Source of the DNA: an uncultured Candidatus Binatia bacterium
GTDB taxonomy: Bacteria > Desulfobacterota > Binatia > UBA9968 > JAJDTQ01
Reading direction: 5' to 3'
Assembly (NCBI GenBank): GCA_964291295.2
Contig: OZ219754.1
Span: 1,952,001 to 2,016,000, forward strand
DNA length: 64,000 bases
Notes under the pieces: generated by a model
What the model was told of the DNA's origin: nothing
The model's database searches: none
The model's input: only the letters and a program-made list of their open reading frames with translations
In this document: positions 21,060 to 30,095 of the stretch, piece after piece
How positions within the stretch are numbered: position 1 is the stretch's first letter
How the letters are laid out: each line of letters opens with the position of its first letter
Position numbers and translations under genes: made by a program

Positions 21060-22019
21060 ATGGAACGACTGCCGCGTGGGGCGAATTTTCAACGCAGCCT
21101 GATGTTATGGCAGATCGGGTTGCACATTGCCGGCGACCCGGATACGCCGTACTACGGCAACCGCGACATGTGCATCGCGGTGGGAAGCGGATCGGCGGAC
21201 AACTTCCGTCCCTGGCTGCGCATGTCCACGGGCTCACCCATCATCGCCCACGGCGTGGCCCGGGGAGACGTGGAGATGTCCATGGTCAACCCGTCGGCCT
21301 TTCTGACCCAGGCTTACCGGGGCACCGGGCTGTTCAAGGAGCCGCTGCCGCTTCGGGTGGTGGCGTGTTACCCGTCCTGGGACCGCTTCGTGTTCATGAT
21401 CCATCCGCGCACCGGCCTCACCGCGCTGTCGCAGATCAAGGAGCGGAAGTATCCGCTGCGGCTCTCCGTCCGTGAGGACGCCACCCACTCCACCCGGGTG
21501 TTGCTGGACCAGACCCTGGAGATCTACGGGTTCACGCTGGCCGACCTCGAATCCTGGGGCGGCAGCCTGCAACTCAACGGCGGCCCCGGCGACAAGCGCC
21601 GCATGGCGGCGCTCCGGGACGAGACGATCGACGCGGTCTTCGACGAAGGGCTGGTACTGTGGTTCGACGACGCGCTGTCGCGCGGCATGCGGCCCGTCAC
21701 GCCGGAAGCCTTCGCCATGGAGCGGCTCAACGCCCTGGGCTGGCGCACGGTGACCGTTCCGGCGGGGCGCTTCCCCCACCTGGAGGCGGATCACACCTGC
21801 CTCGACTATGGCGGCTGGCCCCTGTACACGCGCGCCTCGCTGCCGGATGAGGACGTCTACAAGGTGTGCGCGGCCTTGAAGGCGCGCCAGGACGCGATCT
21901 TCTGGGAGAGTTCGTTCACGGACATCGACCAGTTGTGGAAGGACACCGAGGCCACGCCCCTGGACGTGCCGCTGCACCCGGGAGCGGAGCGGTGGTGCAG
22001 GGAACAGGGCTACCGGTGA
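21060..22019 (+). CDS. TAXI-like (TRAP solute-binding fold) protein without signal peptide
   Basis: AYRGTGLF, IDAVF, LPDEDVYKV and C-terminal VPLHPGAERW.REQG are typical of TAXI SBPs; the N-terminus is not a signal peptide. Confidence 0.7.
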   Translation: MERLPRGANFQRSLMLWQIGLHIAGDPDTPYYGNRDMCIAVGSGSADNFRPWLRMSTGSPIIAHGVARGDVEMSMVNPSAFLTQAYRGTGLFKEPLPLRVVACYPSWDRFVFMIHPRTGLTALSQIKERKYPLRLSVREDATHSTRVLLDQTLEIYGFTLADLESWGGSLQLNGGPGDKRRMAALRDETIDAVFDEGLVLWFDDALSRGMRPVTPEAFAMERLNALGWRTVTVPAGRFPHLEADHTCLDYGGWPLYTRASLPDEDVYKVCAALKARQDAIFWESSFTDIDQLWKDTEATPLDVPLHPGAERWCREQGYR

Positions 22020-23506
22020 TGGATCTCCAGGCCCTCACCCTCGCCGAGGCGGCGCGGCGGATCGAGGCGCGGGAGCTCTCGCCGGTGGAGTTGACCCGGG
22101 CGCACCTGGAGCGGATCGACCGGCTGGACCCCGATCTCAACGCCTTCGTCACCCTGGCCCGGGAGACGGCCCTGGAGGAGGCGGCCCGGGCGGAGGCCGA
22201 CCTCGCCGCGGGCCGTTGGCGCGGCGCGCTGCACGGCATCCCGGTGGCCATCAAGGACAACCTTGCCACCGCCGGCGTGCGCACCACGGCCGGCTCGAAG
22301 CACCTGTCCGACTGGATCCCGAAGCAGGATGCGGCGGTGGTGGCGCGTCTCAGGCAGGCCGGGGCGGTGATCCTCGGCAAGACCAACATGCACGAATGGG
22401 CTGCCGGGTGCTCCACCATCAATCCGTTCTACGGCACCACCCGGAATCCCTGGGACAGGGACCGCGTCAGCGGCGGCTCCAGCGGCGGCTCGGCGGCCGC
22501 GGTGGCGGCGGGTCTGGCGCTGGGTTCCCTCGGCACCGACAACGCGGGCTCCGTGCGCAATCCGGCGTCCCTGTGCGGGGTGGTGGGCGTCAAGGCCACC
22601 TACGGCCGGGTGAGCCGGTTCGGCGGCGTCGCCGGCACCGGCGGCTATACGACGGATCACTTCGGCGTGTTTGCACGCACGGTGCGGGACAGCGCGCTGA
22701 TGCTGCAGGCCGTCGCCGGCTTCGACCGCAGGGACCCGCTGTCGAGTGACGAGGCGGTGCCGGACTTCGGTGCCCGCCTTGGCGAGGGGGTGGCGGGCCT
22801 TCGGATCGGCGTCGTCCGGGACTACTTCGACGCCTTGGCGGTGGACGAGGTCCGACAGGCGGCGGCCGCCGCGGTGGTGCTGCTGGAGTCCCTGGGAATG
22901 ACGGTACGGGAGTTGTCGGTGCCCGGCATCGAGCACATCCCCATGGTGCAACTGGTCACCGCGCGGGTGGAGAACCTCTCGCCGGCGGAGGAGCTCCTGC
23001 GCACCCGGCCGCGGGACTACAGCCCGGAGCTGCTGTACCGGCAGGTGCGCGCGCTGGCGCTTCCCGCCCACGCCTACGTCACCGCCCAACGCGTGCGCCG
23101 CCTCATCTGCGAGGCCTTCGACCAGGCCTTCGCGCAAGTGGATGTGATCGTGAGCCCGACGGTGAGCATGCCGGCGGAGACCATCGAGGAGTGCCGGCGG
23201 GGATACGTCGAAACCGCGGCGGGGCGGGTCGCGCTGTCGGATGCCCGCGGCACCCGCGGGACCCTCTGCACGATCCCGTTCAACGTGACCGGCGCACCCG
23301 CCGTCAGCCTGCCCTGCGGATTCTCGTCCCGGGGCCTCCCCATCGGGTTGCAGATCGCCGCCGCCCATTTCCAGGAGGCGGCGCTGTTTCAGGTGGCCCA
23401 CGCCTACGAGCAGGCGGCCGGATGGCATGGCCGGAGACCGCCCCTCGATGCGGCCCGGTCCCGCACGGTCGGGCCGTCCGACCGTGGTCACGCGGGCGCC
23501 GCCTGA
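22019..23506 (+). CDS. Amidase-signature family amidase
   Basis: PVAIKD, GKTNMHE, GGSSGGSAAAV and GTDNAGSVRNPAS (Lys-cisSer-Ser triad intact); TGATG overlap with the upstream gene. Confidence 0.92.
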   Translation: MDLQALTLAEAARRIEARELSPVELTRAHLERIDRLDPDLNAFVTLARETALEEAARAEADLAAGRWRGALHGIPVAIKDNLATAGVRTTAGSKHLSDWIPKQDAAVVARLRQAGAVILGKTNMHEWAAGCSTINPFYGTTRNPWDRDRVSGGSSGGSAAAVAAGLALGSLGTDNAGSVRNPASLCGVVGVKATYGRVSRFGGVAGTGGYTTDHFGVFARTVRDSALMLQAVAGFDRRDPLSSDEAVPDFGARLGEGVAGLRIGVVRDYFDALAVDEVRQAAAAAVVLLESLGMTVRELSVPGIEHIPMVQLVTARVENLSPAEELLRTRPRDYSPELLYRQVRALALPAHAYVTAQRVRRLICEAFDQAFAQVDVIVSPTVSMPAETIEECRRGYVETAAGRVALSDARGTRGTLCTIPFNVTGAPAVSLPCGFSSRGLPIGLQIAAAHFQEAALFQVAHAYEQAAGWHGRRPPLDAARSRTVGPSDRGHAGAA

Positions 23507-23534
23507 TCGTCCGCGGTCACCGCCGGGAGGATTC

Positions 23535-24605
23535 GTGAGATATCGGGACGTCGGGGTGCTGGTCCACGACAGGGCGCGGGCGACCCCGGGCTACACGCTC
23601 ATCGTGCCGCAGTCGTCGCGCAAGGCCTACCTTGTCGGGATGCGTGGCGAGGTGCTGCACGAGTGGTCTTTCCCCCTGTGTCCGGGGAACTACGCCTACC
23701 TGCTGCCCAACGGCAATCTGCTCTGGTCGGGCCGCATGGACGAGGGGCCGCCCCTGCGGCGCGGCAAGGGCGGCCTGTTGCGGGAGTACACCTGGGACGG
23801 AGAGGTGGTCTGGGAGTACCGTGACCCGGCCCAGCACCACGACTTTCGACGGCGTCCCGACGGCAACACGATCTACATCGGCTGGGAGCCGGTGCCGGCG
23901 GAGGCCCGACACCGGATCAGGGGCGGCCAGCCCGGCAGCGAGCACGAGGGCGTCATCTACGGCGACTACGTGCGGGAAGTGTCACCCGCGGGCGACACGG
24001 TGTGGGAATGGCACGCCTGGCGGGAGCTGGACCTGGACCGATGGGAGCTCTGCCACTGCTGCGGCCGGGACGAGTTCGCTCATGCCAACGCCTGCTTCCC
24101 GCTGCCTGACGGCGGCGTGATGCTCAGCTTCCGGCGCCTGAACGCCATCATGATCATCGACCGCGAGACCTGCCAGGTGCGATGGTCCCATCAGGACGCC
24201 ACCTGGGGCCATCCACACGACTGCACGCTGCTGCCCAACGGCAACATCCTGCTTTTCGCCAACGGCGTCCACGGCCTGGACAATCCGTTCTCCCGCGTCA
24301 TCGAGCTCGATCCGAAGTCCGGCGAGACCGTCTGGCAGTACCGGGGCTCGCCCATCTGGACGTTCTTCAGCCCCAACATCAGCGGCGCCCAGCGTTTCGC
24401 CAACGGCAACACGCTTGTCTGCGAGGGCCAGATGGGACGGGCCTTCGAGGTCACCCGGGCGGGCGAGATCGTGTGGGAGTACATCTGCCCGTTCTTCGCG
24501 GACTACGAGGGCCGCGGCCCCGCCAACAGCATGTTCCGGGTCTACCGCTACGCGGCCGACTCACCGGAGATCGGCGGCCGGCTGGCGACCTCGGTGACCT
24601 GGTAG
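23535..24605 (+). CDS. Arylsulfotransferase (ASST)-family beta-propeller protein
   Basis: Repeated LPNGN.L / G..VWEY propeller blades, QHHDF, HANA, HPHDC and SGAQRFANGNTLVCEG; GGAGG RBS before GTG 23535. Confidence 0.75.
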   Translation: MRYRDVGVLVHDRARATPGYTLIVPQSSRKAYLVGMRGEVLHEWSFPLCPGNYAYLLPNGNLLWSGRMDEGPPLRRGKGGLLREYTWDGEVVWEYRDPAQHHDFRRRPDGNTIYIGWEPVPAEARHRIRGGQPGSEHEGVIYGDYVREVSPAGDTVWEWHAWRELDLDRWELCHCCGRDEFAHANACFPLPDGGVMLSFRRLNAIMIIDRETCQVRWSHQDATWGHPHDCTLLPNGNILLFANGVHGLDNPFSRVIELDPKSGETVWQYRGSPIWTFFSPNISGAQRFANGNTLVCEGQMGRAFEVTRAGEIVWEYICPFFADYEGRGPANSMFRVYRYAADSPEIGGRLATSVTW

Positions 24606-24817
24606 CGGTCACTTCCGACATCCTGAAGACCCGGTGAAGACTCGGCGTTCGTCACGCAGTCTCCCGGGGCGCGTGTGCCGCCCCATGACCGCCGTCCGTC
24701 CCTCCGGAAGTGCGGGAGCACGCCGCACGCGTACGCGGTCCCGGCCCGGATTCAGCCAGCGGCGCCTCTTGCCGGTCTCCCGGCGGGAAGGCGGGGGCGT
24801 GAGGTCCCGGGGCCGCG

Positions 24818-24846
24818 TTGTTTCCCGGTGAAGGGAGTGCTATAAC
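24818..24846 (+). promoter_or_regulatory. Sigma70 promoter with extended -10
   Basis: TTGTTT (24818), 17 bp, then TATAAC (24841) preceded by TGn; ~65 bp upstream of ATG 24911. Confidence 0.55.
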
Positions 24847-24910
24847 GCGCCCACGATTTCGCGGGCGCGCCATTGCCCGCGGTCGTTCACTCGGAGAGGA
24901 ACCTTTCGCC

Positions 24911-26503
24911 ATGGCGCTTTTCGATACCGTACTCCACGGCGGGGCCATCATCGACGGGGCGGGCAACCCTTGGTACTACGGGGATCTGGCCATCAAGGAC
25001 GGCCGGATCGCGGCCATGGGACGGCTGGCCCCGGGCTCGGGGATCCGCTCCATCGACATCCGGGGCAAGATGGTGACGCCCGGCTACATCGACATGCATA
25101 CCCACAGCGACCAGCCGCTGGTGGCGGACGGCAACGGTGAGAGCAAGGTGCGGCAGGGGGTGACCCTGGACATCATCGGCGAAAGCCAGACCGTGGCGCC
25201 GCTGGCGGGGCCGGTGTTCGAGGAATATGTGGCCGAGCACCGGCACCGGAACGGCATCGAAGCGGACTGGACGACCTTCAGCGAATACTTTGACCGGCTC
25301 GCGGCGAGCGGGATCTCCATCAATGTGGCCTCGGGGGTCTCCCCGCAGCAGGTCAAGCGGGTGGTGGTGGGGTTTCAGGAACGGCCGGCCACCGCGGCGG
25401 AGCAGGAGCGGATGGACGGCCATGTGGCGCAGGCCATGGAGCAGGGGGCGTTGGGACTCACCGCGGCTTGGCATGCCAAGGGGCCGGAGTACCCGGACGA
25501 GGTGGTGTCCATGGCCCGGGTGGCGCGCCGGTACGGCGGCTACTATGGCGTGCACCTGGGCAGTGAGGGTTTCGACATCCAGGAGGAGCTGGAGAAGGCC
25601 CTCAGGGTGGGGCGGGAGGCGGCCATTCCCATCCATGTCTATCACCTGAAGATGCGCTCCAAGGAGAACTGGGGGCGGGTGATGCAGGTGGTGGCGCAGA
25701 TCGAGGAAGCCCGCCGTGAGGGCCTGGACGTCACGGCCAACCAGTATCCGTACACGGCCATGCAGCATCCGTGGCACCGCCTCTTCCCGCGCTGGGTGCA
25801 GGATGCCCCGGTGCGGGAGACCATCGGCGAGTTCATGCATCCTGGCTTCCGCCAGCGGGTCATGGACGATCCCGAGTTCACCCAGTACGTCAGCGAGCAC
25901 GGCGGTTGGGAAGGGATCGTGGCGGCCCGCCTCGACAAGCCCGAGTACCATGGGTGGGAGGGGAAGACCATCGCGGAGATCGCGGCGATACGCGGCCAGG
26001 ACCCTGCCGCCGCCTGCTTCGACCTGATCCACGGCGAGGGCATCTTCATCCACGGCATCCACCACACGCTGCGCGAGCAGGACGTGCAGGATGTCATGCG
26101 GGTGCCGTGGGTCTCGGTGGCTTCCGACGGCAGCGCCCTCAACCTCCGCTCCCGGGGCCGGCCGCACCCCCGCAGCTTCGGCACCCATGTGCGGGTGCTG
26201 GGCCGGTACGTGCGCGACGAGAAGGTGCTGGCCCTGCCCGACGCGGTGCGCAAGATGACGTCGCTGCCGGCCCAGGTGCTGGGGCTCAGGGACCGGGGGC
26301 TCCTCAGGGAAGGCTACTGGGCCGACGTGGTGGTGTTCGATCCCGATACGGTGGCGGACCGGGCCACCTTCGAGAACCCCAAGCAGTACCCCAAGGGTGT
26401 CGCGTACGTGTTCGTCAACGGAGAGATGGTGATCGAGGACGGCGACCATACCGGCGCCCGGCCCGGCCGGGTCGTCCATGGCCCGGGAAAGAAAGAGAGA
26501 TGA
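24911..26503 (+). CDS. N-acyl-D-amino-acid deacylase family metallohydrolase
   Basis: PGYIDMHTHSD, HLK, ANQYPY, ASDG, PHPRSFGT and AVRKMTSLPA; RBS GAGAGG. Confidence 0.88.
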   Translation: MALFDTVLHGGAIIDGAGNPWYYGDLAIKDGRIAAMGRLAPGSGIRSIDIRGKMVTPGYIDMHTHSDQPLVADGNGESKVRQGVTLDIIGESQTVAPLAGPVFEEYVAEHRHRNGIEADWTTFSEYFDRLAASGISINVASGVSPQQVKRVVVGFQERPATAAEQERMDGHVAQAMEQGALGLTAAWHAKGPEYPDEVVSMARVARRYGGYYGVHLGSEGFDIQEELEKALRVGREAAIPIHVYHLKMRSKENWGRVMQVVAQIEEARREGLDVTANQYPYTAMQHPWHRLFPRWVQDAPVRETIGEFMHPGFRQRVMDDPEFTQYVSEHGGWEGIVAARLDKPEYHGWEGKTIAEIAAIRGQDPAAACFDLIHGEGIFIHGIHHTLREQDVQDVMRVPWVSVASDGSALNLRSRGRPHPRSFGTHVRVLGRYVRDEKVLALPDAVRKMTSLPAQVLGLRDRGLLREGYWADVVVFDPDTVADRATFENPKQYPKGVAYVFVNGEMVIEDGDHTGARPGRVVHGPGKKER

Positions 26504-28176
26504 TGATGGCGCTGCCGGAGAGTCTCTACGCCGACACGATCCTGGTGAACGGCACCGTCATCACGGTGGACGATGCCCGTCCGGCGGCCGAGGCGGTGGC
26601 GCTCAAGGGCGACCGGATCCTGCACGTGGGAAGCAACGACGAGGTGCGCGCGTGTGCCGGCCGCACCACGCGTGTCATGGACTGCGGCGGAAAGACGGTG
26701 CTCCCGGGGTTCATCGAACCGCACACCCACTTCATGTCCTTCGGCGTCCGGCTGGGGATGGTGAATGTGCGCACGCCGCCGAACCATACCATCGGGGACG
26801 TGCTGGCGCGCATCCGCGAACGCGCGGCGACGACTCCCCGGGGGCAGTGGATCGAGGCTCAGGGCTACGAGCACACCGCGGTCGCGGAGAAGCGCTGGCC
26901 CACGCGGGCCGAGCTGGACGCCGCCGCCCCGGACCACCCGCTGGTCATCACCTACCGTTCGTCCCACGTGTGGATGGCCAACAGCGCGGCGCTGAAGCTG
27001 GCCGGCCTCGACGACGGCACGCCCCAGCCCGAGGGCGGCCACATGGACCGGGATCCGGACACCGGCAGGCTGACCGGCGTGCTGCGGGAAAAGGCCGCCA
27101 GCCGGCCGGTGACGAGTCTGGTGCCACATCCCACCTTGCAGCAGCTCAAGGACGGCGTGGAGCTGGCGGGCCGCGAATACAACGCCGTGGGCATCACCTC
27201 CACCCACGACGCCGGCACCGGGGACACCCCCGATTACTACCGGGCCTACCAGGAGACCATCGACGAAGGGCGGCTCAAGGTGCGGGTCTATCTCATGATT
27301 CACGACCTGCCCTACAAGCGCTTCTACCTGGAGCGAGACCTGGGGCTCCGCACCGGCTTCGGCAGCGACTGGCTCCGGCTGGGGGCGGTCAAGACCTGCA
27401 GCGACGGCTCCATCCAGGTGCACACCTGCGCCTTCTACGACCCCTACATCACCCGCGACACCGACGATCCCACCAAGGATCCCCGCGGCGTGCTGCAGTA
27501 CTCGCCCGAGAATCAGAAAGCGTTGGTCCTGGAAGCCCACGGCAAGGGTTACCAGGTGGCCATCCACGCCCAGGGCGACCGCGGCGTGGACGTGGCGCTG
27601 GATGCCGTCGAGAATGCCATGAACAAAGTGCCGCGGCCGGATCCGCGCCACCGCATCGAGCACTGCCAGGGAGTGACCCGGGAGGCGCTGCGGCGCATGA
27701 GCCGTCTGGGGGTCATCGCGTCGTTCTACCCGCACCACCTCTGGTACTGGGGCGACCGCCATATCCACGACTTCCTGGGGATGGAACGGGCGCGGCGGCT
27801 GGATCCCATGCGCACGGCCATCGACCTGGGCGTGGTCACCGTGGCCCACTCGGACACGCCTATCGCGCTGCCCAAGGATCCGCTCTTCGCCACCGACCCG
27901 CTCTTCGGCATCTGGTGCGCGGTCAACCGCAGGACGCGCGCCGGCGTGGTGCTGGGTGAAGACGAGCGCATCACCCCCATGGAGGGCATCCGCGCCTACA
28001 CCATCAACGCCGCCAGGGCGGCTTTCGAGGAGCGCATCAAGGGCTCCATCACCACCGGCAAGCTGGCGGACCTCGTGGTGCTGGGGGAGAATCCGCTGGC
28101 GGTGGATCCGTGGGAGATCCGCCACATCCCGGTGGAGCGGACCATCGTGGGGGGAGAGGTGGTCTACGAAGCCTGA
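26500..28176 (+). CDS. Amidohydrolase_3 (YtcJ / N-substituted formamide deformylase-like)
   Basis: PGFIEPHTH, K..DGS, IHAQGD, RIEH, HSD and YTINAA..GKLADLVVL; ATGA overlap with the upstream gene. Confidence 0.87.
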   Translation: MMMALPESLYADTILVNGTVITVDDARPAAEAVALKGDRILHVGSNDEVRACAGRTTRVMDCGGKTVLPGFIEPHTHFMSFGVRLGMVNVRTPPNHTIGDVLARIRERAATTPRGQWIEAQGYEHTAVAEKRWPTRAELDAAAPDHPLVITYRSSHVWMANSAALKLAGLDDGTPQPEGGHMDRDPDTGRLTGVLREKAASRPVTSLVPHPTLQQLKDGVELAGREYNAVGITSTHDAGTGDTPDYYRAYQETIDEGRLKVRVYLMIHDLPYKRFYLERDLGLRTGFGSDWLRLGAVKTCSDGSIQVHTCAFYDPYITRDTDDPTKDPRGVLQYSPENQKALVLEAHGKGYQVAIHAQGDRGVDVALDAVENAMNKVPRPDPRHRIEHCQGVTREALRRMSRLGVIASFYPHHLWYWGDRHIHDFLGMERARRLDPMRTAIDLGVVTVAHSDTPIALPKDPLFATDPLFGIWCAVNRRTRAGVVLGEDERITPMEGIRAYTINAARAAFEERIKGSITTGKLADLVVLGENPLAVDPWEIRHIPVERTIVGGEVVYEA

Positions 28177-28199
28177 CGGCTTCGCGCATTCCGAAAAGA

Positions 28200-28233
28200 G
28201 GACGGCCGCGCCGGAGTCCGGCCGCGGCCGTCC
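28200..28233. terminator. GC-rich stem-loop between convergent genes
   Basis: ggacggccgcg-ccgga-g-tccgg-c-cgcggccgtcc inverted repeat; no clear U-tract. Confidence 0.45.
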
Positions 28234-28267
28234 GGGAGTGCCCGGTGGCGCGTGACGGTTGCTCCCA

Positions 28268-29809
28268 TCACGCCTTGATCTTCATGTCTTCCAGCAGAAT
28301 CTTCTCGTCCGGCCGCGGGGTCCAGTCGAGCCCGCGAACCGCGCCGTAGTGATCGAAGAGCTGGTAGAGCGGGATCATCGGCGCCTCCTCCATGATGACC
28401 TCGCTCATCTTTCGTAGTATCGTCAACCGCTTGGCGTCGTCCGACTCGGCCTGCTCGGCATCCACCAGCGCGTCGAACCCCGCGTGGCTGAACTGGGTGC
28501 GCTTGGAGCCGCCGGTGCGGAAGTACTGGTACAGCGGGGTATCGGCGTCCAGCACGCTGCCCCGACCGATGTAGTAGAACGGCACCTTGCCACCATTGAC
28601 GCCGCTCCGGCCCCAGAAGACCACCCATTCCTGCGGCACGATCTCCACCCGGAACCCGCCCTTGGACATCTGGTTGGCCACCACCTGCACCAATTCCGTG
28701 TCCTTCTCGTACTTGCCGGGCGAGAAGTGCAGCTTGACGTCCACGCCGTCGGGATGTCCGGCCCTGGCCAGCAGTTCCTTCGCCTTCCCGGGGTCGTAGG
28801 GGTAGCGCCTGACCTCGGGGTTGTACCCGATGACCCGGGGTCCCACGGGTCCCTGAAGCACTTCGCCGTTGCCGTCGAAGATGTTCCTGACGATGGAGTC
28901 CGCGTCCACGCAATAGTTGGCGGCCTGGCGCACGAGCTTGTTGTCCCAGGGCTTGAAGTTGACGTTGAACGCGAAGAAGTAGATCCGCAGACCTGGAACG
29001 CTGCGCACCCCGACCCGCGGATGGCGGTTGACTCGCGCCACCTCATGCACCGGCACTCGGTCGATGACGTCGCACTGTCCCGCCTCCAGACCGGCCATGC
29101 GCGAGTTGACCTCCACCACCTTGCGCCACACGAGCTCCCTGATGGCGGGTCTGGCACCCCAGTAGTCGTCATTGCGGGTCAGCACCAAGTCGCCGTCGCG
29201 CCGGAAGCTCTTGAACCTGTACGGCCCCGTGCCCGTCGGGTGCTTGTCCACATCCTTGCCGTACTGGTCCGCCACCGTCTTGCTCATGATGAAGCGGTTG
29301 CGCACGCCCCGGGCAAGGAACGTGACCGAAGGCTTCCGGGTCACCACCACCACGGTGTGCGCGTCCGGTGTCTTCACCTCCTGGACGTTCCGGAACGACC
29401 GCCGTTGCAGGCTCCTCCTGTCGTTCTTCATCCGGTCGATGGAAAACGCCACGTCCGCAGAGGTCAGGGGGCTGCCGTCGTGGAACCGGATGCCCTTGCG
29501 CAGCTTGAACTCCCACTCCCGGCCCCGGTACTCCCAGGACTCTGCCAGGCGTCCGACGAACCTGGCCCGGGCGTAGTCGAACTCCACCAGCGGCTCCATC
29601 ATGTGCTGCCACAAGCCGTAAGTGGCGCCGCTGCTGTGGTCGTAGGGGTGAAGGTTGTCCATGCTGCTGGCGTTGTAGACGATCACCCGGTCCTCGGACG
29701 CCGCCCATGCCAACGGTCCCGGTGTGGGATGGATCAGGGCCGCAGCTCCCAGCACCGCACCTCCCTTCAGCAGATCGCGCCGGCTGATCCGTCGTCTGTC
29801 GTCGCTCAT
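28268..29809 (-). CDS. ABC transporter substrate-binding protein, family 5 (Dpp/Opp/Nik-like), Tat signal
   Basis: SRRDLLKGGA twin-arginine motif; LRKGIRFHDGSPLTSADV and GTGPY; RBS GAAAGGAG before the start. Confidence 0.9.
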   Translation of the reverse strand: MSDDRRRISRRDLLKGGAVLGAAALIHPTPGPLAWAASEDRVIVYNASSMDNLHPYDHSSGATYGLWQHMMEPLVEFDYARARFVGRLAESWEYRGREWEFKLRKGIRFHDGSPLTSADVAFSIDRMKNDRRSLQRRSFRNVQEVKTPDAHTVVVVTRKPSVTFLARGVRNRFIMSKTVADQYGKDVDKHPTGTGPYRFKSFRRDGDLVLTRNDDYWGARPAIRELVWRKVVEVNSRMAGLEAGQCDVIDRVPVHEVARVNRHPRVGVRSVPGLRIYFFAFNVNFKPWDNKLVRQAANYCVDADSIVRNIFDGNGEVLQGPVGPRVIGYNPEVRRYPYDPGKAKELLARAGHPDGVDVKLHFSPGKYEKDTELVQVVANQMSKGGFRVEIVPQEWVVFWGRSGVNGGKVPFYYIGRGSVLDADTPLYQYFRTGGSKRTQFSHAGFDALVDAEQAESDDAKRLTILRKMSEVIMEEAPMIPLYQLFDHYGAVRGLDWTPRPDEKILLEDMKIKA

Positions 29810-30033
29810 GTCACAACTCCTTTCCCTTCGGGTCTCGGTCTGCGAGGTCCGAGGCTTCTTTCCGGGCGTCCATGGCATGGCGCCCCGGACAATCCATGAA
29901 GTGTGCGTTGGCGATGTCGGGCGGTCGGCGCAGGTGCCACCATGGCGGTTCCCTTCCAAGAGGCGTGATGTCCGGCCCCGGTAATGCCCTCGGCCAGTGC
30001 CCTGGATGCTTCCACGTAGCCGCGCCGGCGGTA

Positions 30034-30086
30034 TCGCGGGCGCCGCGGATGGCCAGCGTGGGGCGCCGGCATCCGCGGCGGCGCGA
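30034..30086. terminator. Stem-loop just downstream of SBP gene 30096..31640
   Basis: cgccgcggatg ... catccgcggcg inverted repeat extended by tcgcg/cgcga. Confidence 0.4.
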
Positions 30087-30095
30087 GGGATCGAC

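Noticed and set aside
22019-23506. gatA
   Set aside because: No gatC/gatB neighbours and no GatA-specific motifs; generic AS amidase.
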